Positions 33,823 through 45,807 of a DNA stretch of 64,000 bases are shown one piece after another. The notes under the pieces are model-generated. The model made no database searches and had not been told where the DNA came from. It saw only the letters and a program-made list of their open reading frames with translations. The stretch is taken from contig JASGJN010000012.1 in NCBI GenBank assembly GCA_049840735.1, positions 32,001-96,000 on the forward strand, in the 5' to 3' direction. Source of the stretch: Anaeromyxobacter sp. GTDB lineage: Bacteria; Myxococcota; Myxococcia; Myxococcales; Anaeromyxobacteraceae. Position numbers and translations under genes: made by a program. Every line of letters begins with the position of its first letter. The first letter of the stretch is position 1.

Positions 33823-35152
33823 ATGAAGCTCAAGCAGAAGCCCGAGGACTTCCAGGTCACCGAGTCCTGGCGCTTCGACGAGGACCCCCGGGGCAGCTGG
33901 TTCGTCTACCTGATGGACAAGCAGAAGCTCTCCACCTTCGACGCGGTGGAGCGCATCTGCGCCCGCTTCAAGGTCCCCCGCGCGGACGTGAGCTACTGCG
34001 GCCTCAAGGACAAGCAGGGGCGCACCACCCAGCTCATCGCGGTGAAGCGGCGGGAGCTGGAGCTCCAGGACGCCGACCTGCGCCTCAAGCCCATGGGCCG
34101 CACGGCCGCGCCGCTCTCGCGAGAACACCACCTCCAACCGCTTCGCCGTCACGGTGCGCGACCTGTCCGAGGAGGACGTGGCGCGCCTGCCCACCTCGAT
34201 CGCGGAGGTGCGCCGGCTGGGCGTGGTGAACTACTTCGACTCGCAGCGGTTCGGCTCGCTCAAGCACGGCCAGGGCTTCATCGTGAAGGACCTGATGCGC
34301 GGCGACTTCGAGGCCGCGCTGCGCAACGTGCTGGCGCGGCCGAGCGACCTGGACCTGTCCGGCGACGCCAAGGTGAAGGGCTTCTGGAAGGAGCACTGGG
34401 GCGACTGGGCGCGGCGCAACCCGCACCCCGGCGCCGAGCGCTACGAGGCCGTCATCAAGTGGCTCAAGGGGCACCCCGAGGACTACCGCGGCGCGCTCCT
34501 CCGCACCGAGCCGCGCTGGCGCGCGCTCCAGGTCTTCACCTACCAGAGCTGGCTCTGGAACGAGGGCGTGAAGGCCTACCTGCGCGACGTGGTGGGCATC
34601 GGCTCGCTCACCTCCATCCGCTACCAGGCCGGCACCCTGCTCTTCCCGCGCGAGCTGACCGCCGACCAGGCCCGGCTGCTCTCCGACAAGACCTTCCCGC
34701 TGCTCGGGCCAGGCACCCGCTTCGACGACCCCGCGGTCGAGCGCGCCGCGCTGGCGGTGCTGGGGCGCGAGGACATGGGGCTGGCGGACCTGGCCGTGCC
34801 CGGCACGCCGGAGATCCACTTCGACCACGAGGAGCGGCCGCTCCTCTCGCACCCCGGCCGGCTGACGCTGGGCGAGCCGCGGCCCGACGACCTGAACCAC
34901 GGCAAGCTCCGGGTCAACGTGGCCTTCACGCTGCCGCCCGGCGCGTATGCCACGCTGGTGGTGAAGCGGGTCTTCCACTGGACGCTGGAGCCGCGCGGCC
35001 GCGAGCGCGAGCGCAGCCCCGCCCCGCCGAAGGTGCCCGCCGCGCCGGCCGCCCCTGCGGCGCCGCAGGGCTTCCTGGCGCGCAAGCGGGCCGAGAAGGC
35101 CGCCCGCGCCGAGCGGCGCGCCGAGGCCGGCAAGCAGCGGAAGAAGGGCTGA
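33823..35152 (+). CDS. truD: tRNA pseudouridine(13) synthase (frameshift about 34125)
   Basis: KQKPEDFQV, GLKDKQG.T.Q, NRF, NYFDSQRFG, F.LPPG.YAT. Confidence 0.92.
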
Positions 35153-35208
35153 CGGCGCTCCTCGGCCGCGCCGATCGCCGCCTCTCCTGAGGCCTGACGC
35201 CTGAGGCC

Positions 35209-35682
35209 TCAGCTCGGCCGCGGGTCCGCCCACTCCCAGATCAGGTGGCCGCCCTCGGCCAGGCTCTGCAGCAACGCTGCGATGGCCTGCACGTCCACCT
35301 CCGGCGGCAGGTCGATGGCGACGATCTTCGGGCGCAGCACCTCGTGCGTGCACCCCATCTCGATGAGCCGCTCCAGCAGCTTCTGCATGGGGGCCGCGCG
35401 CAGGTCGATGCCGTCGTCGAGGGCCACGCGCAGGGTGCGGTGGCCGCCCTTCTCCAGCACCTCGTCGAGCAGCGGGGTGGCGCCGCCCTCCTCGGTCGCG
35501 CCCACGATGTCGTCGCGGGAGATGCCGTACGCGAAGAACGCGCTGGACTCGATGCGGTAGCGGCCGCTCCCCAGCGGCTCCCCCCACAGCCAGTCCTCCG
35601 CCGGTCCGCCCTCGTCCGTGCCCCGGTCCAGCGGCACGCGGATGCGGACCAGCCCCTCGGTCGTCTGGAGTTCGGTCGTCAT
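35209..35682 (-). CDS. DUF4265-family protein
   Basis: E.LW.EPLG...YRI.S..FFAYG.S.DD.V, GH.TLRV. Confidence 0.7.
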   Translation of the reverse strand: MTTELQTTEGLVRIRVPLDRGTDEGGPAEDWLWGEPLGSGRYRIESSAFFAYGISRDDIVGATEEGGATPLLDEVLEKGGHRTLRVALDDGIDLRAAPMQKLLERLIEMGCTHEVLRPKIVAIDLPPEVDVQAIAALLQSLAEGGHLIWEWADPRPS

Positions 35683-35695
35683 CGACGACGCATAT

Positions 35696-36475
35696 CTACC
35701 TGGGACCGAGCCGCTCCGCGATGGCATCTGCCAGGGCCTGTCCAGTGTGTCGGTCCGGCAGGACCCCCACCGTAAGGCCGGCCCCACGCAGGGCCTCCGC
35801 CGTGGTCGGACCGATCGCTGCCACCACCGCCCGCTCCAGCAGCCGCCGATCGCCCAGCGCCGCCAGCACCGCCTCCACCGCCGAGGGCGAGGCGAAGGCG
35901 ACCGCGTCCACGTCCCCCTCTCGCAGCCAGCCCTCCAGCGCCCGCAGCGCCTCCGGCGGGGCCGCCACCGTCCGGTAGGCCTCCACCGCCACCACCTCGG
36001 CGCCGGCGGCGCGCAGCCCGTCCACCAGCTCGGGCCGCCCCTCGGCCGGCCGCGGCACCAGCACCCGCCGCCCCGCCACCCGCGCGCCCAGCGCCGCCGC
36101 CAGCGCGGCGCCGGTGGCCTCCGCCGGCACCAGGTCCGGCGGCCGGACCGCCTCGGCCAGCCGCGCCGCCGTGGCCGGCCCCACCGCCGCCAGCGAGCGC
36201 GCGGCCAGGGCCGCCGGGGCGAGCCCGGCCGCGCCCAGCGCCTCGAGCGTGCGCTCCACCGCGGTGGCGCTGGCGAAGGCCACCCAGTCGAAGGCGGCCA
36301 GGTCCCCCAGCGCGGCGCGCAGCGGCGCCGGGTCGGCGGGGGGCCCGAAGGCGATGGCGGGGAGCGGGCGCACCGCGGCGCCCAGGGCCGAGAGCCGCGC
36401 CGAGAGCGCGTCCGGCCCGCCCGCGGCGCGGGTCACCACCACCGTCCGGCCGTCGAGCCGGGGCGCCACCGTCAC
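35696..36475 (-). CDS. hemD: Uroporphyrinogen-III synthase
   Basis: VVVTR, DWV.FAS..AV, VGP.TA, AYRT, FASPSAV, IGPTT. Confidence 0.92.
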   Translation of the reverse strand: MTVAPRLDGRTVVVTRAAGGPDALSARLSALGAAVRPLPAIAFGPPADPAPLRAALGDLAAFDWVAFASATAVERTLEALGAAGLAPAALAARSLAAVGPATAARLAEAVRPPDLVPAEATGAALAAALGARVAGRRVLVPRPAEGRPELVDGLRAAGAEVVAVEAYRTVAAPPEALRALEGWLREGDVDAVAFASPSAVEAVLAALGDRRLLERAVVAAIGPTTAEALRGAGLTVGVLPDRHTGQALADAIAERLGPR

Positions 36476-37419
36476 TCCGGGCGGCGCGGCGCGGCCAGGC
36501 TGGTGGCGTGCGCCTCCGCCTCGCGCAGGATGGCGCCGGCGCCGCGCGCCAGCAGGTCCTCGGCCAGCTTCACGCCCATGGCGCGCGCGCCGGCCACCGG
36601 GCCGGTGAGCTCGCCGCGGACCAGCTGCCCGCCGTCCACCGAGGCGACCAGCGCCCGGAGCGTCACCTGCCCGCCCGCCACGGTGGCGTGGCCGGCGATG
36701 GGGACCTGGCAGCCGCCCTCGATGCGCGCCAGGAAGCCGCGCTCGGCCTCGACGCGCACGCGGGTGTCGGCGTCGTCCAGCGCCGCCAGCCGGCGCAGCG
36801 TGTCGGGGTCGTCGGCGCGGGCCTCCAGCGCCAGCGCGCCCTGCGCCACCGCCGGGAGCATCTGCTCGGGCGGGAAGACGTAGGTGGCGTGCTCGGCCAG
36901 CCCCAGGCGGCGCAGGCCGGCGTAGGCCAGCACCACCGCGTCCAGCTCCTCCGACGCCTTGCGCAGGCGGGTCTCGACGTTGCCGCGGATCACCTCGATC
37001 CGGAGGTCCGGCCGCAGCGCCCTGAGCTGCGCGCCGCGGCGGAGGCTGGAGGTCCCCACCCGCGCGCCCTGCGGCAGCGCGTCGAGCGTCTTCCAGCGCG
37101 GCGAGCAGAGCGCGTCGCGCGGGTCCTCGCGCACCGGCACCGCGCCCACCACCAGCCCCTCGGCCAGCACCGCGGGCAGGTCCTTCATGGAGTGGACCGC
37201 CACCTCGGCGTCGCGGGCCAGCAGCGCGTCCTCGATCTCCTTCACGAAGAGCCCCTTGCCCCCCACCTGCGAGAGCGGGACCTCGAGGATCCGGTCGCCG
37301 CGGGTGACGAGCTCGTGCAGCCGGACCTCGAGCCCGGGCTCGCGGTCGCGGAGCAGGCCGGCGACGTGGTTCGCCTGCCACTTGGCGAGCGGGCTGCGGC
37401 GGGTGGCGATGCGGATCAT
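36472..37419 (-). CDS. hemC: Hydroxymethylbilane synthase
   Basis: [42 protein letters not shown]. Confidence 0.97.
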   Translation of the reverse strand: MIRIATRRSPLAKWQANHVAGLLRDREPGLEVRLHELVTRGDRILEVPLSQVGGKGLFVKEIEDALLARDAEVAVHSMKDLPAVLAEGLVVGAVPVREDPRDALCSPRWKTLDALPQGARVGTSSLRRGAQLRALRPDLRIEVIRGNVETRLRKASEELDAVVLAYAGLRRLGLAEHATYVFPPEQMLPAVAQGALALEARADDPDTLRRLAALDDADTRVRVEAERGFLARIEGGCQVPIAGHATVAGGQVTLRALVASVDGGQLVRGELTGPVAGARAMGVKLAEDLLARGAGAILREAEAHATSLAAPRRPE

Positions 37420-37466
37420 GCTGCGCTTCTCCTGGCCGGCGCGGGGCCGGGGTGGGGGTGCGAGGG

Positions 37467-38813
37467 TCAGCCGCGGGCGGGGCCGGCGGCGGTGCGGGAC
37501 GGCTCGCCGTCCGGGGCGGGGGCGCTCCCGGCGGCGGGCGCGCCGGGGGCCGGGGTGGGCACGTCCTCGATGCCGAAGAGCTGGGCGGCGGCGCCGGGCA
37601 GGCCCGCGTCGCCGGAGGAGGCCGCCTCCTTGAGCCGGGCGGTGGGGCCGTGGAGCAGCTTGTTGACGATGGCCTGGGCCATGGCCTCGACGCTCTTGCG
37701 CCCCTTCTCGTCGAGGTGGCCGCCCACGGCGGCCAGCGTGCGCTCGGCCTCGGCGCGGGCGATGGCCTCGGCCTTCCTGCGCAGCTGCGCCAGCACCGGC
37801 AGCGCGGCGCGGGACTCGCGCTCCCGGGTGAAGGCCATCACCTCGGCCTCCACGATGGCCTCGGCGCGGATGGCCTCCGAGCGGCGGGCCTCGTGCGTGG
37901 CGGTGACCACGCGCTCCATGTCGTCCACGTCGTAGGCGTAGACGTCGCCCAGCGAGGCGCAGGCCGGGTCCACGTTGCGCGGCACCGCCAGGTCGATGAG
38001 GCAGAGCGAGCGGTGCCTGCGGATGCTTCATGGCCGCCGCCACCATCTCGCGGGTGACCACGAAGGTCGGCGCGCCCGTGGAGACGATCACCACGTCCGC
38101 CTCGGTCAGCAGCCGCGGCAGCTCCTCCCAGGCGCGGAAGGCGCCGCCCACCTGCTCGGCCAGCGCCTGCCCGCGATCCCGGGAGCGGTTGCGCGACCAG
38201 GATCCGGTCGGCGCCCAGCCCGGCCAGCGCCTTGGCGGAGAGCGTGCCCATCTTGCCGGCCCCGGCCAGCAGCACCGCGCGGCCGGCCAGGTCGCCGAAG
38301 ATCTTCTTCACCAGCTCCACCGCCACCTGCGACATGGAGGTGATGCCCTGGCCGATCTCGGTCTCGGAGCGGACGCGCTTGGCGGTGGCGAAGGCGCGGT
38401 TGCAGAGCCGGTCGAGGTAGCTGCCGGCGGAGCCCGCCGCGCTGGCCAGCCCGTAGGCCTCCTTCACCTGCCCCAGGATTCTGCTGCTCGCCCACCACCA
38501 TCGAGTCGAGGCTGGCCGAGACGCGGAACAGGTGGCGCACCGCCTCCGCGCCGCGCTTCTCGTAGAGGTGCGCGTGGGCGCCCGGCGCGCGGCCGGTGAA
38601 GAACCGCCGGGCCGGCTCGACGTCCTCGGCGTGCACGAAGACCTCCACCCGGTTGCAGGTGGAGACCACCAGCGCCTCACCCACGCCGGCCTCGGCGCGC
38701 AGCGCCAGCAGCGCCTCCTTCAGCACGTCGCCGGCCAGCGCCACCCGCTCGCGCACCTCGATGGGCGCGCTCTTGTGCGAGAGGCCGACCAGGAAGAGCT
38801 CCCGTCCACTCAC
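37467..38813 (-). CDS. hemA: Glutamyl-tRNA reductase (several apparent frameshifts)
   Basis: [45 protein letters not shown]. Confidence 0.95.
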
Positions 38814-39661
38814 GGGGCGCCCCCGGCCTGGACGGTCCCGTAGTTCCCGGCGTGGCGCGTGGCGCCGGGGATGGCCTCCAGCGTGAGCATCGAGCCGGCC
38901 ACGATTGCGAAGCCCACCAGCGTGAGCAGGGCGTAGCGGCGACCGTGCCAGCCGGTGCGCCGGAGGTGGACCATGGCGCCGTAGAGCAGCCACACCAGCA
39001 CCGAGATGACGAGGTGCGGATCCCAGGACCAGGCGCCCTCCCAGACCTTGCGGGCGGTGAGCGTCCCGAAGAGCAGCGCCACCGTGTAGAAGACCCAGCC
39101 GGCCCGGACCAGCCGCTGGTTGAGCCGGTCGAGCGTGTCGAGCGAGGGCAGGCGCGAGAAGAGGGCGCCGAACCGCTTCCCCTTCACCTCGCGCTCCTGC
39201 AGCAGGTACATGATGGCCACGCCGAAGGCGATGCCGAACAGCGCCAGCGCCAGCCCCACCGCCGACACGTGCACGAACACCGTGGGGGTCCGGAGCGTCT
39301 CCTCGGCGATGCCGGGCACGCCGGCGGTGCTGACCAGGGTGGGCAGCAGCACCACGCTCACCAGCGGCGCCACGAAGGCGCCCAGCGTCGGCACGCGGTA
39401 GGCGCGGTGCACGACCAGGAAGGCGCCGGCCGCCATCCAGGTGGCGAAGATGGCGCCGCCGCGGAGGCTGAAGAACTCCCGGCCCCCGAACTCCGCGCAC
39501 CCGACGCCGATGGCGACCGCGTGCACCAGGAAGGCCACCGCCAGGATCGAGAAGCCGGCCGTGGCCAGCCGCGCGTGGCGAGGCCGCGAGAAGTAGAGGA
39601 CGTAGGCTGCCGACGCCGCCACGTAGAGGACCGTCGCGATCCGCAGGATGATGATGCTCAT
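38810..39661 (-). CDS. ccsA: Cytochrome c assembly protein CcsA/HemX-like
   Basis: Multi-TM, RLPSL.TLD, W.WDP; heads the hem operon. Confidence 0.8.
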   Translation of the reverse strand: MSIIILRIATVLYVAASAAYVLYFSRPRHARLATAGFSILAVAFLVHAVAIGVGCAEFGGREFFSLRGGAIFATWMAAGAFLVVHRAYRVPTLGAFVAPLVSVVLLPTLVSTAGVPGIAEETLRTPTVFVHVSAVGLALALFGIAFGVAIMYLLQEREVKGKRFGALFSRLPSLDTLDRLNQRLVRAGWVFYTVALLFGTLTARKVWEGAWSWDPHLVISVLVWLLYGAMVHLRRTGWHGRRYALLTLVGFAIVAGSMLTLEAIPGATRHAGNYGTVQAGGAP

Positions 39662-39725
39662 GCTGGAAGCTCTCCGCGGCGCGGCGGCCAGCGGCCGCCC
39701 GCCTGATCGCCCGTCCGGGCGTGGC

Positions 39726-40250
39726 TCACGTCAGGTTCTCCAGGAGGAAACGGGCGAGGGCCTCGGCTTCCTTCCGCCGCTCCTCCAGCGCCCCGGGGAG
39801 CGGCGCCGCCGGGGCCGCCGCGACCGGCGCCGGGGCGGGCGTGGGGGCCGACGCCGGCGTGACCTCCGGGGGCGGCGCCTCCTCGGCCGGCGCGGGAGCG
39901 GCGGCGCGCGGCGCCTCCGGGCGGGCGCTCGCCGCGGCCTGCAGGGCCTCGCCCTCGGCCAGGAAGCCGGGCTGCACCTCGTAGCCGGTGTCGCCCATCA
40001 GGCAGGAGTCGTTGAACGGCTCCGCCCCCAGCTCGCGCAGCTGGGCGACGCTCTTCACCTTGTGGACCAGGCCGTGGGGATCCGCCTCCTCGCCCACCAC
40101 GCGCAGGAAGCGGACCGCCGGCTCCAGGGCGTAGCGCCGCCCCTTCCCCTCGCCGGCGAGGAGCGCCATGACGTTGCGGTCCAGCTCGATTTTTCCCTGT
40201 TCCGCCCAGGTGTCCAGCATCGCCTGGGAGACGAAGAGGAGCCCGCCCAT
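39726..40250 (-). CDS. Hypothetical protein
   Basis: [14 protein letters not shown]...DPHGLV.KVK...[11 protein letters not shown]; Pro/Ala linker. Confidence 0.7.
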   Translation of the reverse strand: MGGLLFVSQAMLDTWAEQGKIELDRNVMALLAGEGKGRRYALEPAVRFLRVVGEEADPHGLVHKVKSVAQLRELGAEPFNDSCLMGDTGYEVQPGFLAEGEALQAAASARPEAPRAAAPAPAEEAPPPEVTPASAPTPAPAPVAAAPAAPLPGALEERRKEAEALARFLLENLT

Positions 40251-40433
40251 GCCGCCTTCCGATCCCGCAAATTTCCAGCGCCGGGCCACGGGGACCATGT
40301 AGGCCTCGCCGCGGCAGCCGGTCGCAGAAGGTACCACGCCCGCCGCGCCGCTTGCCAGGGTTGGACCGCGCGGCTATGTAAGCGCGGCTTTGGCCCGGCT
40401 CATCCGCCCGGCGCCTCATCACAGGGAGCTTGC

Positions 40434-40772
40434 ATGGCCTCGTCCGACGTCGTCACCCTCAAGGACTCCACCTTCGAGCAGGAGGTCCTGAAGAGCGAGA
40501 CCCCCGTGCTCGTCGACTTCTGGGCCGTGTGGTGCGGGCCCTGCAAGGCCATCGCGCCGCTGGTCGACGATTCGGCGGCCCGCTACAAGGGCAAGCTCAA
40601 GGTCGGCAAGATGGACGTCGACAACGAGCAGATGGTCGCGCAGCAGTTCGGGATCCGCTCCATCCCCACCCTGCTCATCTTCAAGGGCGGCCGCGTGGTG
40701 GACACGGTCATCGGCAGCGACGCCTCCAGCCGCATGAAGCTGGAGGAGGGCATCAAGAAGGTGGTCGGCTAG
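40434..40772 (+). CDS. trxA: Thioredoxin
   Basis: [19 protein letters not shown]. Confidence 0.96.
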   Translation: MASSDVVTLKDSTFEQEVLKSETPVLVDFWAVWCGPCKAIAPLVDDSAARYKGKLKVGKMDVDNEQMVAQQFGIRSIPTLLIFKGGRVVDTVIGSDASSRMKLEEGIKKVVG

Positions 40773-40800
40773 CCCGCCCGCCTCCTCGCGCAGCGCCCGG

Positions 40801-40825
40801 CGCCACGGCCTCCCCGGCCGTGGCG
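40801..40825. terminator. Hairpin between convergent trxA and rodA
   Basis: CGCCACGGCC-TCCCC-GGCCGTGGCG 10-bp stem; weak U tail. Confidence 0.55.
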
Positions 40826-40838
40826 TTCGCGTCTGCGA

Positions 40839-41955
40839 TCAGTTCACGAAGCGTCGCATGCCGATGTTCGCGAGCAGGCCGAGGCCGGTGTAGATGACCA
40901 CCACGCTGGAGCCGCCGTAGCTCATGAGCGGCAGGGTCACGCCCACGACGGGCAGGAGCCCGGTCACCATCCCGGTGTTGATGAACACCTGCCAGAAGAG
41001 CATCCCTATGATGCCCACCGCCAGGAAGCTCCCGAAGCGGTCGCGGGCCGCCCCGGCGATGTCCAGCGCGCTGGTGAGCAGGCCCAGGTAGAGCAGGAGC
41101 AGCAGCGCGCAGCCGAGGAAGCCGTGCTCCTCGGCGAAGACCGAGAAGATGAAGTCGGTGTGCTGCTCGGGCAGGTAGGAGAGGTTGGTCTGGGTCCCCT
41201 TGTTCCAGCCCTTCCCCGTCCCCTGCCCCGAGCCCACCGCGATCATCGACTGGCGCGCGTGGTAGCCCGCCCCCTTGGCGTCCGCCTCGGGGTTGAGGAA
41301 CGTCTCGACGCGCTTCTTCTGGTAGGGCTTGAGGTGCGGGTAGACCAGCACCCCGCCGCCCACGGCGATCCCCACCAGCAGCGCCAGCGTCTTCCAGCGC
41401 ACGCGGGCGAAGAGGATTCTGCGTGCAGCCCACCGAGATGACGATCAGGGAGGTCCCCAGGTCCGGCTGCTTGAGGACCAGCACCGCGGGCAGGAGCGTG
41501 ATGCCCAGCGGGATCATGATGCCGAACAGGCCGTAGCCGTCCTTGCGGCGGTCGGCGTCCCCGGCCAGGAAGCTGGCCATCGCCAGCGCCACCGAGATCT
41601 TGGCCAGCTCGGAGGGCTGGAAGTTGACCGGGCCGAAGCGCAGCCAGCGCCGGGCGCCCATCACGTTGGTGCCCTTGAGCAGCACCATGACGAGCAGGAT
41701 CAGCACCACGACGTAGAAGACCCAGGCCAGGCGGTGGAAGCTCCGGTAGTCGACCAGCGCCACCGAGAGCGCCACCAGCGCCCCCGCGCCCATCCACCAG
41801 GCCTGCGCCTTCCAGGTGCCCTCGAGGTGCGCGGCCGAGGCCAGGTTCCAGATGCCCACGCAGGAGATGGCCAGGACGATGAAGGCCAGGTGCCACGGGA
41901 AGTGGGCGAAGAGCCGCCGGTGCGGCGTGGTCGCGAGCGAGACGTCAGGCGCCAC
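40839..41955 (-). CDS. rodA: Rod shape-determining protein RodA (frameshift about 41417)
   Basis: GARRW, FQPSE..K, QPDLGT, LPE.HTDFIF, G.TLP.MSYGGSS. Confidence 0.95.
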
Positions 41956-44287
41956 GGGGCGCTCCTCCGGCGGCCGGGCCGCCTGCGCCGGTGCTCTCGT
42001 CCGGCAAGGCCGGCGCCGGCTCGACCGGAGCGGGCGGGACCGGCTCCGGGGCTGCGGGGGACGGCGCGGGCACCACCGCGGGCGCCGGTGCGGGGGTCGC
42101 CTCGAGCGGCGCGGGGGACGTGGCGGGCAGGACCGCCCTGGCAGGCTTCGCGGCGGGCCGGGGGGCCGGCGCGGCGCCGTCCCTGGGGGGCGCGCCCGGC
42201 GCACCCGGCGCGGCGGCCGCGGGGGCGCGGGCGGCGCCGGGCGCGGGGGCGCGGGCGGCGCCGGGCGCGGTGGCCGTGGCGGCCGGGATCGCCGCGGCGG
42301 GCGCGGCGACGGCCGCCCTGGCCGCGCCGGGCGCCCCGGCGGCCGCGGACGGCGCGGGCGCGAAGGGCGAGGGCTGGCCGGCGTCGAGCGCCTTCAGCTC
42401 GAGGTACTTCTTGATGAGCGCCACCGCGGTCGGGGCGGCGTTGGTGGAGCCGAAGCCGGAGTGCTCGTTCAGCACCACCACCACGATCTCCGGGTCCTCC
42501 GCCGGGGCGAAGGCCGCGAACCAGGCATGGTCGCGCTCGAAGTAGGGCACCGCCTCGGCCCTGAGCCGCTTGGCGCCGAGCTTCACCACCTGCGCGGTGC
42601 CGGTCTTGCCGGCCAGGACGACCTCCTTCACGCGCTGGCCGTAGGCGGTGCCGTACGGCTGGTTCACGGCCGCCAGGAGCCCCTTCATGACGGCGTCGCG
42701 GGTGGACTTCTTGATCTCGAACCTCGAGCGCGGGTCGGGGGCGAACTCCTTCAGCACCTTGCCGTCGGCGTCCTCGATCCGCTGCACCACCTGCGGCCGC
42801 CAGACCGTGCCCGAGGCGATGGCCCCGTAGAACACCGCCTGCTGCATGGGCGTGACGTTCACGTCGCCCTGCCCGATGGACAGGTTGACCGCCATGCCCT
42901 TCTGGTAGCCGCCGGCCTGGTGCTTGTCGTGCCAGGCGACGTCCGGGATCACGCCCGGCACCTCGCCCGGGATGTCGAACCCGGTCGGCTGGCCCAGGCC
43001 GCCCTTGCGCGCCCACCGGGCCATGCTGTCCGCGCCGAGCTGCGCGCCCAGCGAGTAGTAGAAGACGTCGCAGCTCGCGCCCAGCGCGTGCTCGAAGTCC
43101 ACCCAGCCGTGCCCCGCCTCCTTGTCGCAGCGCCAGCGGGCCCGGCCCATCTGGAAGTGGCCGGGGCAGTAGATGGTCGTGCCAGGGTGGGCCACGCCCT
43201 CCTCCAGGGCGGCGATGGAGGTGAGCGCCTTGTAGGTCGAGCCCGGGTGGTAGTGCTGCTGGATGGCGCGGAAGAGCTCCGGCTGGAGCGGGTCGGAGTG
43301 GATGGCGGCCAGCTCGGCGGAGGTGATGCGCCCGGACATCTTGTTGGGGTCCGGCGACGGCCGGTCCACCAGCACCAGCAGGAAGCCGGTGCGCAGGTCC
43401 ATGGCCACCACCGCGCCGGCGGTGGCCGGGAAGGTCTTCTCCGCGAACTCCTGCAGCCGCCAGTCGAGCGAGAGGACCAGGTTGTTGCCCGGCTTGCTCT
43501 GGACCAGCCGGTACTCCTCGGGGATGAGCGACTCGGCCTCCGGCTTGCGGCGCCCCTTGGCGTCCACCGGCACGCGCTCCGCGCCGTCGGTGCCGCGCAG
43601 GAACGGCTCGAAGCGGTACTCGAGGCCGCGCCGGCCCACGTAGTCGCCCAGCTGGTAGAGCGGCTGGCCGCTGCCGCCCTTGCGCAGCCCGTCGTTGTAG
43701 CGCTTGAGCTCGTCGTCCCCGACCTCGTTCATGTAGCCGATGAGGTGCCCGCCCAGCGGGCCGTAGCGGTAGTGGCGGTGCGGGGTGGGCTGGACGTCCA
43801 CGCCGGGGAGATCGCCCTGCTGGGCGAGGAAGCGGTCCAGCTCCTCGCGCGAGATGTCCACCTTGATGGTGAACGGCTTGAACCAGGCCTGCCGCACGCG
43901 GACGATGGGCAGCTGCGCCTTGGCGCGCGCCACCTCCTCCGGCGCCATCGACACCACCGCGGCGGCCCGGTCGAGCACGTCCAGGCAGGCGTCCTTGCCC
44001 TTGCCGCAGAAGGCCGGCGTGAGGGTCACGTCGTAGGACGGCCGCGAGTCCACCAGCACCTTGCGATTCCGGTCCACGATGAGGCCGCGGTCGGCCGGGA
44101 TCCGGAGCTCCTTGAAGGAGTTCTCGGTCGCCTGCTCGAGGTAGTCCTCGCCGTGGAGGATCTGCAGGTAGTAGAGGCGCCCGATCAGCGTGAGGACGGC
44201 GAGCACCACCACCCCGGTCGCCCAGAACAGGCGAGGCCGGAAGTCCTTCTGCGCCGCACCGGGCGCGCTGGGTGGGATGAGGGACAT
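41945..44287 (-). CDS. mrdA: Penicillin-binding protein 2 with Pro/Ala-rich C-terminal tail
   Basis: PADRG.I.DR, PGSTYK, SCD, IGQG, KTGTAQ, DHAWF. Confidence 0.95.
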   Translation of the reverse strand: MSLIPPSAPGAAQKDFRPRLFWATGVVVLAVLTLIGRLYYLQILHGEDYLEQATENSFKELRIPADRGLIVDRNRKVLVDSRPSYDVTLTPAFCGKGKDACLDVLDRAAAVVSMAPEEVARAKAQLPIVRVRQAWFKPFTIKVDISREELDRFLAQQGDLPGVDVQPTPHRHYRYGPLGGHLIGYMNEVGDDELKRYNDGLRKGGSGQPLYQLGDYVGRRGLEYRFEPFLRGTDGAERVPVDAKGRRKPEAESLIPEEYRLVQSKPGNNLVLSLDWRLQEFAEKTFPATAGAVVAMDLRTGFLLVLVDRPSPDPNKMSGRITSAELAAIHSDPLQPELFRAIQQHYHPGSTYKALTSIAALEEGVAHPGTTIYCPGHFQMGRARWRCDKEAGHGWVDFEHALGASCDVFYYSLGAQLGADSMARWARKGGLGQPTGFDIPGEVPGVIPDVAWHDKHQAGGYQKGMAVNLSIGQGDVNVTPMQQAVFYGAIASGTVWRPQVVQRIEDADGKVLKEFAPDPRSRFEIKKSTRDAVMKGLLAAVNQPYGTAYGQRVKEVVLAGKTGTAQVVKLGAKRLRAEAVPYFERDHAWFAAFAPAEDPEIVVVVLNEHSGFGSTNAAPTAVALIKKYLELKALDAGQPSPFAPAPSAAAGAPGAARAAVAAPAAAIPAATATAPGAARAPAPGAARAPAAAAPGAPGAPPRDGAAPAPRPAAKPARAVLPATSPAPLEATPAPAPAVVPAPSPAAPEPVPPAPVEPAPALPDESTGAGGPAAGGAPRGA

Positions 44288-44288
44288 G

Positions 44289-44798
44289 TCAGCGGAGGAG
44301 GCCGGGCTCCTCGCGGTGGAACATGCGATCGATGCGGCGCATGCCCGCGAGCACCAGCGGGGAGACGGCGGCGGTGAGGAGGGCCTCCATCAGCATGCGG
44401 GGCAGCAGGGCGGCCCCCGGCATGGCCTCGTCGGGAGAGGTGAGGCGGAGGAGCACCAGCGCCCCCACCGACAGGAGCAGCGTGCCCACCAGCGTCAGCG
44501 CGGCGAAGGCGGCGCGCGCCCGCACGTCCACGGCGGCGTTGATGGCGCGCACCGTGAGGAAGAGCGCCACGGAGAGGAACGTCATGAGCCCCTTGGGCGA
44601 CCCCGTCACCAGGTCCAGCACGTAGCCCACCCCCGCCGCGCCCACCGAGCCGTCCACGTTCCCGCCGTGCAGCCCCAGGTAGACCACGCAGGCCACCGGC
44701 AGCAGCAGCGACACGGTGCCGCCCCCGCACCAGCGGAGCACGGCGGCCTGCAGGGCCGCCAGCAGCAGCGCGAAGATCACGTGCGCCAGCGGCTTCAC
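44289..44798 (-). CDS. mreD: MreD-like membrane protein
   Basis: Hydrophobic, GY..DL..G.P.G; between mreC and mrdA. Confidence 0.75.
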   Translation of the reverse strand: MKPLAHVIFALLLAALQAAVLRWCGGGTVSLLLPVACVVYLGLHGGNVDGSVGAAGVGYVLDLVTGSPKGLMTFLSVALFLTVRAINAAVDVRARAAFAALTLVGTLLLSVGALVLLRLTSPDEAMPGAALLPRMLMEALLTAAVSPLVLAGMRRIDRMFHREEPGLLR

Positions 44799-45679
44799 GG
44801 TCGCCCGCCCGGCGCGAGCACTGCGGGGTCGGCCTCCGGCTCGAGCTCCTGGGCCTCCCAGGCGGTGACGACCAGCACCTCCTCCACCCGCGTCACGTCC
44901 ACCGCCGGGACGACCTGCGCCTCCTGGAAGAGGCCGTTGGCGTTGCGGCGCAGCTGCGTCACGCGGCCGACCGGCAGGCCGCGCGGGAAGACGCGGTCGG
45001 TGCCGGAGGTGACCAGCTCGTCACCCTCGGTCATGTCCTCGGTGCGGAGCGCGAACTCCAGCTTGGCCGCGTCGGGCTTGCCCAGGCCGCGGACGTTGGC
45101 TCGCGCGCGGGTCCGCTCCACCCGGACCGCGATGGAGCTGTTGCGGTCGGTGACCACCATCACGTCGGCGGTGGTGGGGGACACGGCCTGCACGCGCCCC
45201 ACCACGCCCTCGGCCACCACCACCGGCATGAGCCGCTGGACGCCGTCGGCGGTGCCGCGGTCGAGCGTGAGCAGCTGCAGCCCGGTGGGCGAGAGCTGGA
45301 CGCCGATGACGCGCGCGCCCAGGTAGGTCCGCCCCTGCGTGCGGCTGGAGAAGGCGAGGAGCTTGCGCAGCCGCTCCGCCTCGGCGCGATCCTGCAGCAG
45401 CTGCTGCCGCTCCATCTTGAGGTCGTTGACCTCGCGGTTGAGCGTCATGGCGCGCGCGTGCGCGCCGCGCAGCCCCACGTAGCCGGACCAGGCGTCGAGC
45501 ACGCCGGTCACGGCCCACGCCACGCCCTTCTCCACCGGGCTGGTGACCCACAGCACGGCGCGGTCCAACGCCGAGCGCTCGCTCGGACGTTTGGCGTGCG
45601 CGAAGTAGACCCCCAGTGGCACGAGGAGCAGGACCGCGACGAGGATCAACTCGCGGTACCGCTTGAGCAGAGAAAGCAC
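44795..45679 (-). CDS. mreC: Rod shape-determining protein MreC
   Basis: TM plus coiled coil, DRG..DGV, VTSG.D.VFPRG.PVG.V. Confidence 0.93.
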   Translation of the reverse strand: MLSLLKRYRELILVAVLLLVPLGVYFAHAKRPSERSALDRAVLWVTSPVEKGVAWAVTGVLDAWSGYVGLRGAHARAMTLNREVNDLKMERQQLLQDRAEAERLRKLLAFSSRTQGRTYLGARVIGVQLSPTGLQLLTLDRGTADGVQRLMPVVVAEGVVGRVQAVSPTTADVMVVTDRNSSIAVRVERTRARANVRGLGKPDAAKLEFALRTEDMTEGDELVTSGTDRVFPRGLPVGRVTQLRRNANGLFQEAQVVPAVDVTRVEEVLVVTAWEAQELEPEADPAVLAPGGRP

Positions 45680-45807
45680 GGTGTGTCCGGGGCCTCCAGC
45701 GGGGGCAAATTCCCTTGCATTTTAGCGCCTCTTGCGTAGGGTGTTCAACCTCGCGGCGCTCGCCCCTTCGCAGGGCGCCCCCTACAACAACCCGGAGCAC
45801 CGGTTCC

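Noticed and set aside
44795..45807. No mreB upstream of mreC
   Set aside because: mreB can be encoded elsewhere, and a separated mreB is my recollection for myxobacteria; absence from one window is not evidence of loss.
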